Of a DNA stretch of 64,000 bases, positions 26,201-38,200 are shown piece after piece (position 1 is the stretch's first letter; every line of letters starts with the position of its first letter). Position numbers and translations under genes: made by a program. The stretch covers positions 2,649,695 to 2,713,694 of the forward strand of contig NMRA01000001.1 in NCBI GenBank assembly GCA_002633005.1, read 5' to 3'. The notes under the pieces were generated by a model. That model ran no database searches. It was not told where the DNA came from and saw only the letters and a program-made list of their open reading frames with translations. The stretch is from Phoronis australis (lineage: Eukaryota; Animalia; Phoronida).

Positions 26201-29200
26201 GTGTCGGAATGGTATTTACTATTTAAACTAATAACTCTGGATATTTCTAGCTCAGAGACACAAAGCAATCCCGCTGACATAGAAGCTTTGAAGCGTGAAA
26301 TTTTAGAACGGGAAGGTCATATATCACAGGCTACGAAACAGCTAGATCAACTGGAACAGTCTTATCAAGAATCTCTGACCAAGGTATTATTTGGAATTCA
26401 AGTAATAACTAGATCTCTGCAGGTACATCTGCTAGCACAGAAAGTAAGCTGCTCATCTAATCTGTAGCAATTCAGAGAATCACTTGATCAATAACAAATT
26501 GTTAATTAAAAATCAATTGCACATGTTGATAATTTATAAGTTTTAAGGAATTAAAATTGTCCCCAGTTGAGAAGAAAATTAAAAGGAAATTAAAACGGTT
26601 TGGACACTTTCATCTTATTGTAAGTAGAGTTCAATTTGATGACAGAAGACAGACTCGCTGAAATGTGTAGCTTAATAATGCATTAGAGACTTATTTTACC
26701 TATTGTGAGAGACAAATGAACACCAGACATAGTGACGTTCTTTCCAAGTATTTGCAAAATCCAACTAATTTTACTTAAAAATGGCTCATGTTGTTGTTTG
26801 TAGGCAAGTCAAGAGAAATGTGAGATAGGTCAGAAGCGTGAAGAGTTGGCAGAGAAGGTGAAGCAACAGGAGGAGGAGACAAAACTGGCCTATGAGAGTC
26901 TGCAACGTAAGCAGACGGTACTTGAGAAAGAGGCTGAGGTGGAGAGCACAAGGATTGAGGAACAGAGGCAGAGGTAAGCGATGGTGAATGTAGTAATAAA
27001 AGTAATCAACGTATTGGTGGTGGGGTGTACTTGGCACCAAGAGAACAATTTTTTGGCAGAATTTCGAAAGAAACACAAATGTTCCGATTACAATGATTCT
27101 TGCTTTCCAAGTGGTCCGACTTCATATGTTCGTGAGATAAGAGTTCTTGGTATTATTTTCAAAAACTTTCGTGGTTCTTGTTAGAAAATTGGAGATTACG
27201 ACATCTTGTTGGTCTGTTGTGCAGATGACTGGTCATGTAGAGTGATTCGACATTACGTTTTACATTATGAAAGAGAGTAAATTAATCCATATCACTTGTA
27301 GAGTGACCCAATTGGAGCAAATGCAACAAGAGCTGTATACACGGGAAAGTGGGACGGACACGGGGATGGGAACTGGTGAAGACTGGAGTGGGTTTGAAGA
27401 ACGAGTCAATGTAAGTTAATGTTTACGTGTTCTATGAGTTTGAAGTGATGAATATACAGCGTGTGAGGCATAAATAACCACAACTTGCCAAACTGTGCTC
27501 TTTGTGCAATTTTTATTTCCTCGTTGTCGCACACTTAAGTAGGTGGGTAGTTTCTGCCTAGTAAGCACATTGTTTTGAATTCTGTAAGACAAGTAAATAA
27601 AGAAAAAGTCAGTCATGCGTATTATCTACAGAAGCTTGGAATGTGAAAAGCAGAATATGCAAATACCTTAATTTAAACAGTTCTACCTATCTTGGCAATT
27701 TGCCCATTATTCAGTATTGTAATCGTGTTGAAAGTTTCGATGAATATCACCCCATTCACCAGTTCTTAAGTACACAATACACTGAAAGTATTCAAGTCTT
27801 GAGCAGTTTCAAACATCCCTACTGTTGGTAATATAGAGGTATGTGCTCTTGCTTGAAAGAATTAGGAATTGTGTTACGATTAAGAATTATTTATTATTTC
27901 CTGGTAAGTATCAGTTGTTTTTCTAAGACATCAAGATGTAAAGATTCCACTCATTGTCCTGACTCTGAAAAAACAGGAAATCGTGTTTCAACAGATTATG
28001 AAAACCTTTTTACTATTTTATAATCCCTTAGGCTGGTTTATGTTTGATGTTAACTGGAAAATGCATGTCATTACATTGCTTATTTAAGAGGCAGTACAGG
28101 CACGGTGCATTTGTCAAAAGCAAACCTTTGACTTAGGCTTCTTACAAAGGGTTATAAAATGAATCTCACCTTCTTTCTTGGAAATGATGTCTAGCCTGGG
28201 AGGTTATTTCATGAAAGATGGCTTAAGATTAGCCAGAAATATGATCTTACGCTCCACATATCTGTTTTGGAAAATAATTAAAACTCACTTCAGCAAATTA
28301 AAGAATAAAGTATTTGAGAATATACCCCATTACTACTACTTACTTAGAAATTTTTGATAGATTATTTCGAGGCAGTGATGTGCTAATTACACAACGAGGT
28401 TAATTGGAAATTGTGAAGTGGGACCGAATTTCTGTCTTAAGCCATAAGTTACTTATCGTGAAGCTGAGCCCAGGAGATGAAGACAAGGGTAGTTAGTGCT
28501 TCGGTCCAGGATCGTTAAAGTGCTTGTCTTGGTGGGTTAGTGTCACTTGGTAAGGCAGTATGGTCCACTAAAAGATTCGGGGCGATTGCTTTGGAAGAGC
28601 AAACATGCTTATTATTAAAGTGGCATAGAAAGTGAAAGACAGACCAAATTGCATTTTTCAAAGTGGTTCCCTACCACAGAAAAGGTAGTCAAGCTGTTCA
28701 CCAGGTGTTGTTGCAGTTAGTAAAGATTTTGAAATTCTGTTGATGTCAAAGAATTATTCCTTTAGTTTCAATTTTCAAAAAACGATATGTAGACTGTTTG
28801 TCACTTAATCAATTCTTCTCCCTCAAGCCAAAGCATGTCTTCTTATTTGGCATGGCAAAAGTAATAAATTTTCCTTTTATGGAAAATGTGGCCTTTGACC
28901 TTTGATATAAACAAGACAATGGCGATTTTAAGCAGCAGCCAGTCAGACTTCTTTGAGCACGTTTGCACATAAATATTATTTGAAGTGGAGAATTTGAAAG
29001 CTGTATTGGCTTGAAAGAGTTTGTATTTTGTCTGTGTTTCTATTATAGTGAATCTGATGATTTTTTCTAGAAATTCTTGTAATATTCGTTGTAAATAGCT
29101 CTCACATTAACGTCCCCATGAAATAGATGCGACATGATCTGTTACAAAAAGTATTTTTACGAGTTTTCGCATTAGATGCCTTTTTAAGAAATTTGACGTT

Positions 29201-32200
29201 TTCAACACAAGAACAATGGTCTATTGTGGCTTTAAAAATCAGACCAGAGCCCAAGATAGAATGATTCTAAATTTCAATTTGCTCATTAACAATTGTCACC
29301 AAAATGCTTGATAATGAAGTATTTATATTGAGTAGCATCATGTACCTATTTTAAAATTTATTTATTTTTTTTTAAATTTATGTAAAATTATTTTGAACCT
29401 TGCAATACGTTGGTTGTACCAGAGTTCATTCTTTTGGAGATAAGGCTGACTTTGGTGTTCTCCTAATGTGTTCATCCTACAGGCTCAGCTATGTGCATGA
29501 TAACACCGCATCCCTGACTCAACAATGTATATTTACTCATCACTGCTTTATCAATTGAGATTTGCATTGTTGGTTTAGTTTTGATAAGAGAAAATATGTA
29601 CGCCTTTGTGTTTCTACATGTCAAAGCCATTGTTACCATAAATGTTTGATTTGAATATTTTTAAATTTAGCTAAATATGTCTCTTTGTAGAATGCCATAT
29701 CCGAAATACATGACATGTCTAATTGGTTTTTGTCAAAATCTTTAAGTTTCTTACCAGTCTAATCTGTCCCTAGGGTCTGGTAATCAAATTCTGCTAGTGT
29801 TTCTAGAATTTCACAGTGCTACTTGATGAATGGTCTCGGCTACATTCTTTCATGCGTTTAACATTTCCTTATCTGGCAAATGGGGTTATTAGATAATAAA
29901 GATTTCTCAACCCTAGTGGGATTGCCATGCCAGTCTGTGTGGTGGTATTTGATGTGTGAAGGGGGGTTTATCTAATGTGACCTAACCTTTTGCTCCTGTC
30001 ATGTAGAAGTCTATTAGGAGCTGACATTGGTGTTACCTTGTGTGATGATTGTAAGACAAGGTATGCTTAATTTGACGTGTTGTTCGCTAATTGTTTTCTG
30101 TATTTATGGAGTTTTGTTTAAGTGTGATTGATAACTGATTTTATGTTATTTACTTCTTACGAAAGTGTTTTATTAGAATTTGACAAGATGTATTGTGGTA
30201 CATACAGTTAGTTAGTGGTGATCCAGCTGATGGGATAATCCTTGTTATCCAGGTTTAACCATCTGAGCAGCTGTCAGATCATTGTCATGGCCAAAAAATA
30301 TAATGTATAAGAGTCAACAGCAATGCCTCAATTCACGATCTTATACATGGCTTTGTTTGTGGTTAAGGAAAAAAGTATGAAATATTCATTATCGCTTGGA
30401 GAGGAATACATTCAGAATTATATCAGATGCACAGCATGCAATATTAATGTTATGTTGGAGCCTAGAAAAAATGTCTTATTTTGGCCAACTGTCTTTAGAA
30501 CACTGTATCTCAGAAATGGCTGATTGGATTCTCATGAAACTTTCAGATACCGTGCTTTGTACAATATTCTCCAAAAGCTACTGGATTTGTTTTTAAGTAG
30601 TTCTACTTTGCTTGAGGACTATTAAAAATAGTGCTTATCCAATTTTTATGAATTTTTATGAAAAGTTTTTTAAGTTTTATGAAATGAAAACAAAACAATA
30701 AATTAGAAAACTGTAACAGTGTTTTTGAGATTTTATCTTGAATGTTTTGGTGCATGTTGTTGAGACTGTTGTTTTGCTATGAATGTACCTAAGTTTTTTG
30801 TTCGAAAAAAGTCTTAGACATAAGATCACGTGACCCAATTAGGGGCAGATTGGTATGAAGTCAAAAATCAAAATTTTCAGAATTTCTGCTTTCAGAAAAT
30901 GTGTACTTTTGCCGAGTTAAATTCTATAGTTTCGTAGCTATTTGGCTAAATGTACGGTCCTACGTAACCTTTAGTAAGGACTGTTTGTGAGGTCCCTCCA
31001 GAAGATGATTGTATAACTCGACTTTATGTACATTTTGACTGACTGATTTCCAGGAATTTGTAGAAAATTAGTATCTTTAAGATGAGGATTAATTGCATGT
31101 CATATTCTAACCAGATTAAGTTAGTTATGGTCTTTGTGTTGTAACGTATGAAAATATAATATTGGCTTGTCAATTATCTGCACATTGTGTGCACAACAGT
31201 GTTGTTAGATTTCTGAAGTCAGCAGTGTTAAAACATCTGAATGCCGCATTTTGGTGTTTCAAACATCAATTTTCTGTCACTAGCTCACAAACTCTTCCAA
31301 AGCCATGCCATGGTAGTCTTACATATTTTGTTTGAATTGAAATTGGTTAAAGTACCTGTAGTTGCCTTTGCAACTGAAACTAACCCATCTCAAGTAACTT
31401 AGCTGTGGTTTGAAACAAGAGCACCCTGTCAGGTCCTCTCAAGCCTGGAAGTCATTTTTCATGCGAGTAAGAAGTGGTGTGTTAAAACAAGCCTCAATCC
31501 AAGGTTGATTTGTGACATAGACCCATTGCCTATGCTTTGTGGATTCCTAACTGTTGTTCAGGGTTTAATGTCGACCTGTTTTCAAATTTGTTGCCCTTTC
31601 ATTGTATATTGTTTTGGCTATCATTTTTTGTTTTGGCGAAATGGCTGGTAATGGTAATTTGTTGCACAATTTGCAATGTCTAACAAAAGAGTGGATTATC
31701 AGGTTATAAAATGATTGGTTTGTTGGCCAAGTAAATAATTTCTCTTGCTGTGTACTCTTAGACAACTGTATATAACAAATTTCAAATTCAAAAACACTGA
31801 CAAAATATCTTCTTTTTAAAGATTGAGCGAAATTTCTGAGAAAATTTTCTGACTGATTTTAAACTGATTATTAAGTTTTAGTGTTTGTCTGACTTCCTCT
31901 GGACATTTACCGCAACGTCGACAAACCTTGGCACTTCAACAAAATTGTTATTTTTGAAAACCCCTGCAGTACCAACTGATAAATTTCCTGTCTGCCGTTT
32001 CAGGAAGCAGGACATAAACAAAACTGTTAGTTACCTTATTTGGAAGTGACTATAGATTATTAAGTCCTAAAATACCCTGTCTGCAATTTTACAGGCCCTT
32101 CGACAACTTGAAGATCAGTACCAGAGAAGTGAGAGAGAGCTGGAGGAGAAACAGCGCAAGTTTGAGTCGGAACGACAACAGGAACTGGACAGGATAGAGA

Positions 32201-35200
32201 TGGAGAAATACAAACTGCAAGAGTTAGAGAATCAGGAAAGGTATGTCTATAGTTACGGATTGTGCAGTCTTTACCGACTCACTTGCTCACAGGGTTACAG
32301 TCATCTATGTCACATTCAAGTAACCACAGATATGATTTTTTTATTTTAGATAGGGTGGGCTTATAGTTTTGCTGAGTGGTGCCAACAACTTTCAACATAA
32401 TAGGCGACTGATTTAGTACGTGCTGCGTCAGCTACCGGTAGTATTTTTACGTGATGTTTTAGTGTTGTGAAAAAGTAGAAAATTAAATGGAGTTGTTGCA
32501 AAAGTAGAATATCTCAGAAATATAAGGAAAACAGGAATATTTGAAAGCCAATAAGGAACTTTAAATTCATCGGATAGCGCCAATGAAACAACTGCTGATA
32601 CGCTTGCATTCGGGTCTCGTCACACCCTTATTCACACAAATGCCTTCATGCTGGTGAGCGGCTTTGAGTTTCTCAACTCATTCATAGAACGAAAAGAGAA
32701 CTCTTTCTTCATTAGCGCCACCTAGTGAATGCTGAGTTGGTCATTGCATAACTGAATTATGGCACTGGTTGCTACACCAGTGTCTTGTTGAAGTCTACAG
32801 GATGTGGACAGAATGGCATTGTACGAACTCTGGAGATTATATACTTAAGCAAACATGATAATTGTTCTGTATAAAAGGAATTTGTTCTATACTTCAATAA
32901 AAATGCTTAATGTTAATGTGAAAAAATGTGAACGTAAATGAAGCTGTGTGCAAAGATCACTTATTGATAATGGCAAAGTGCGAACCATAAAGGTCTCCAT
33001 GTGAACAGCGAAACATGTTTTTTCTTTGTTAGAGCATTCAGCTGAACACTGAATTTTGTCTAGAAATGTCCATGAACAGCACAAGATGAATGTTTGGACT
33101 GCCAAAAATGTTCTGTATTTTCCTTCAANAAATCTGTTCTTTCTGACCTTGAATTTGTCTCTGCTTGCTAAAGGGTACTTGACATCTGTGTCTGATCTTC
33201 AAGCTTTGTATTTGTATTTGCATAAGAAGCATGCTTGTCTTGATTTACATGAACCTAAAATGTATGTGTTTCACAGGATCAATGCGCTGGTTGAACAGGA
33301 AGTGAAACGTCGACTGTTTGAGGAGAAGGTACAACGTGAGAAGCAGCGACGAATGGAGCGAGAGCAGGAGAGGCAGGAGCGAGAGATGGAGATGGAGAAA
33401 ATGAAACGAGCACATGACAAGGAGATTAAACGACTAAAACAACGATATAAGTGAGTGGGATGGAGCTCTTTTACTGTCATACAAATGAGGATGTGATGGA
33501 ATGTGAATGCACTTCTACATTAATTTTGAACATATTATTTGTTAGTTATGATTTTAAGATACTGTCTTAACTCTGTTTTCGTAATTTTACCATAAATCTT
33601 CACCTATTTAGCACTTAGTACGTTGTGGCTGACTGGTGTATCTCAGTTTCGTCAAATGTCTCCAGAAATATGTGGTGAATTGACATACAACAGACCTGTG
33701 TACCATGTGCAAAAAGTGCTGATTTGTGCGGAAATTTGGCTCGAAGTACACAACACCATGCAAAAATGGATTTAGAGCTGCGTTTTCCAAGTTTTAAAAA
33801 ATAGCTTCTGATAATACGGGAACATGTTATTCTGAAGAATGGCAGTGTCTTATTGAAAAACTTCAACTTTATGTGGTGTTTTGTTTTCTTTTGCACATGG
33901 TGGCCACACTGAGTCGTCAGCATTGGTCAAGGTTTTTTGGCAGCCAGTGCGGTAGTACGTGTTTATGATGCTTTCAATGAGCCATTATTTCAAACTTTTG
34001 TGGAATGATTAGAACTTGTCATCTGATGTAAAACATTGGCCAGTCCAAATTCAGGAGCACTTTTTTGAAGATATCTTTTCAATTGGTTTGAGAAATGAGC
34101 ATAACTTTTAGAGCAAAGAACTATTCTTTGTTGTGTATCCAATCATGGTATATGTTACCATTGCGGTATGTGGTTACACTATAGTTAGGTAATAAGGAGC
34201 CTGATCTTTTCACTACTGCAAGCACAGTCTACCAACTAAACACCTTAGAAAATTCTGAAAATTGGTGATCAAATCACTGTATGGATTGAACTGTTTCGTT
34301 TTTTCAAAGGTAAGTTACCAGAAAAAGTACCAACAAAACAGTTTCAATATGCTAGCATGTTGAAAAATTCTAATTTTCAGTGTTTGTTCTTTACACGAAA
34401 ATCTGCAAATTTTCTAAAAAAATATGCAAATTTGGTGTCCAATATACTCAAATGCAGCTTTAGTGGTAGGCAGGTTTGGTACAACTTTTAATGAGCTCAA
34501 TCAAAAGATGTTGCAGTGGTGTGTGTATTGTTTTCTTACATTTAGGAAAAACTTTGTCATGGAATTTGACTTCTATTTTGTTTATGCACCATCAAAAATT
34601 CAATAATTTTAATGAATTTGGTGTTGTAAAAATTCGTCATTTTTTAATTACTCTTGTCTTAACTGGTTTTTGATTAACACATTTCAAAAAATTTTAACCA
34701 AAACTAAAGCTGGAAAAATATCTTTTATAGTAAAATATATCACCCTTTTCATTTCAGTGATTTAACAGCCAGCATGCCAGCCCCTGTGAAGACACGGGCC
34801 AACCCTTACGCGTCCATACAGAACACGGACGCAGAACTTGTAGTCGACCAGGAGAGAAAAGTGAGTCAAGACGGATACACTGCATATTAATATTTATACT
34901 AATCTTTTAAATGCTAGAATGCATAAGAATTATTTGCAAACTAATGTTTTGTTGTCGTCATTTAATTCTTATTTGTTTCGTTTTCCCTCAATTGACATTG
35001 GCTCAAATGGTTGATTTATTTCCTAAATTACCAAAGGTCATAATTTAGAACAAGAGGCAGTTTTAAATCATCTAGAAATCCGTCTTCCAGTTCACAAAAC
35101 CAACTTTTTGATGTAGACCACCTAAAGTTAAAGAATTGGCTTCACATTTTTCCTTAGTCATAATAGAGTTGATGTATGGACTGAGAAAGAACTGACGGAC

Positions 35201-38200
35201 CATGCTGTTCAAACTGACGTGTCACTATGCATTATTTTATTCACCGAGCATAGTCTATCCATTATAAACCAACTGTCGGGTCTTTTTTTTAATATTTTTA
35301 TTTTTTTCTAGCATGATAATTACACGTCACATAAAACAATACAGTATACATCGTTTACAAAGAATAATTTTACATCAAATCACTAGTCAACAAGTAGTGT
35401 ATTTTCTTTAGGATGTAACTTAATAAAGTTTATGAACATTTAGAAATTGAGATTTAACAAATTTTGACTAAGTATATAATTTTTTGCTAGTATGATCAAC
35501 AGATTAATGTTACAATTTTCCTACTGAGTGTTTCCCAAAAAAAAACAAAAAACAATCACTGTTATTTTGTCTACATAAGATTTACATGATATGTTTGTTT
35601 TAACCACTCAACAGGAGTCAGAAACCGGAGACAAGACGATATTCCCAAATCAGATGGAGAAAAGTTTCACTGTGTTCACCACAGAAAGAGCATATATGAC
35701 TTGTTTTTATTTTAATTTGATGCAAATAATTATTGGTTGGCAATATTCTGTGAATTAAGCGGTATTGAAACCAACGCAATTTTGTATCTTTTGTACAATT
35801 GAAGGGGAGATCAAAAATCACTTCTCATCCGAGCATGGTCCGCCAACTCTGCATATTTTCAATGGACGAAATCTGTGATCTTACGCCCTGACGTCATTAT
35901 TCACTAGTGACACCTGGCAAAATTAGAAGTTTTACTTCTGGCAAGTACATCGTCTGCTAATCGAGGTCGGATGTTGTGTGGTCAGGTTGCCAAAAGTACT
36001 CACGATACCAACAGTTCAACTATTGGAAGACTCTGAACAGCATTTCAATGCCGAAAAAAAATATTTTTTATGTTGCACTGGACTGTAAAATTGATCCGAG
36101 AATTTCCTGTCACAATACACTGACTGGAAACTGAAATCGGTAATTTAGGAGAGTGGCACCTCTAGGATACTACCCAAGAAAATGTCAGAGTTGCGAAGCT
36201 GTTGTCTGTAATCTATGATCTGAGTAAGGAACAAGTTGTGACCAATTTTATAGCTGTAAGTGATCTCAATCAAAAGCTAGTTTCTTCAACGAAACTCCAC
36301 TTTATGTTCACTTGAACTTAAATTTTAATCACATTTCATGAATGTTGTCTGATAACATGATATTTTGGTTTACTGCTGAGTAAATCTGGAAAGTCTTACT
36401 TTCTGATTTGTAGGTTGGGCGGTCTTTATCCCAGTGTCGCTGTGACGATATTCATGTTTGCATTCCTAGCTATACACTGAGAGGTAATGGCTCTGACTGT
36501 CACCATGAGTTTGAAGTCAAGGTAAGCAGTAAGCACCAAGTCTGATTTTATGCCAGAGTTGTTGTTTGGTAAAGTTTGTAAGCAGGCGAGGATCATAATT
36601 GTTTAATCACAGTCCTGTTTTGATCATGTGTACCATGAATTCAACATTAGCAAAAGATCAATTTCGACCTTTTTACGATTAGAGATTTGTGGGAATCATA
36701 TCTCTTGGAGGACATGTTGGTTATGAATATTTGTGTACGTTCTCTAATTTCATTCTGTTGGTTTCATTCTGATTTGGATGAGTACCTTCCCACAATGCAC
36801 GGCAATGTGATGCTTCATCTATATGTAAAAAGGTCAAGTTATGTTGAATATAAAATGTCCCGCTAGACGCAATGAGAAGTGATATTTTTGCTGACCATGC
36901 CATAGGTTTACCTCATGGAATTGCCATTTGCTATCCAACACTGCGACATCGCTGACTTTACCCAGTGACACGTATTTTTGATAGACACGATTGCCTTGTC
37001 TATTCAGGTTATAATTGGACATGGTTTTTGGACAGTGTACAGATTGCCTTGTCTGTCCAGGTTATAATTGGACATGAATCTTGGACAGTGTATAAATTGC
37101 CTTGTCTATCCAGGTTATAATTGGACATGAATGTTGGATAGTGTATAGATTGCCTTGTCTGTTCAGGTTATAATTGGACACGAATGTTGGACAGTGTACA
37201 GAAGGTACAAGAGATTTAGAGAATTACATTCCTTCATGAAGTCAAAATACCCAGAGGTAAGCTGAGCACCACTGCTTCATTGGTGGACTGTGTAGAAATA
37301 TGGCATGCATTCAGGTTTCCTAATCAATTTGTGTATTCTGGTATTGGTTCTTCCAGAAACCAGATCTTGTTGAAATTAGCTTTAGTGTTTTTTAATGTTA
37401 TTATAATTGAAATTTTGAAAAATGTACATTTCAATCTAAATATGTTATAGAGAGTGCAGACTTTTAGATAAATGTCCAGTTTTGAAAAATGACTGTGTCC
37501 ATTTTGGTCACGTCTGTTACCACAATTAAGGTGATTGGAGTTCCTAATTAAATTGAAAATTCTAACTTTCACTTATATATTTTTAAATGCACTTTCATGG
37601 ATCTACTTGCAGATGTTAAAATGATGTTTGTTAATACCAAATTAATTATTTATTTTTATAAAAGATTAGAAAGTCAAAATGTCACTTCTGTTACCAAACA
37701 AATACTGTGAATTCAACATATGTTTGTTTTTCAGTTGGGTAAGCTTGTATTCCCTGCCAGAAAGTTGTTTGGACGTCATTCAGAGAAGTTTGTCTCTGAA
37801 AGAAAAACACAACTTGAGGTAAACAAAAAGGAGTTCACATCACCTAGTGAAGTGGTAGCAGTAGTACATCTACCAGAGTGTGAACTAACAATATTACATC
37901 CACCAGAGTGTGAAATAACAATAGTACATCTACCAGAGTGTGAACTAAAAATAGTACATCTATCAGAGTGTGTGCTAATACTAATACATCTATTATAATG
38001 TGAAATAACAATTGGGTATTTCTTACATTGATGATGAACTTTTTGTTGAACGAACTTTCATTTTTACTTCTTGAAGAACGTAAAAAATTGAAATTATCTG
38101 TTTCTACCTTACAGTCGTTTAAGCTTCTCTCAGTAATTTTTTTTCTCCGTGTGCAGAATGAAAGTTAATTCAGTTATCATGCGGACATCCTTGTCATCTC

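Noticed and set aside
36989-37202. Regularly spaced repeats resembling a CRISPR array
   Set aside because: The whole 53-bp unit is repeated with no unique spacers, there are no cas genes, the context is a eukaryotic intron, and the unit derives from the exon boundary.
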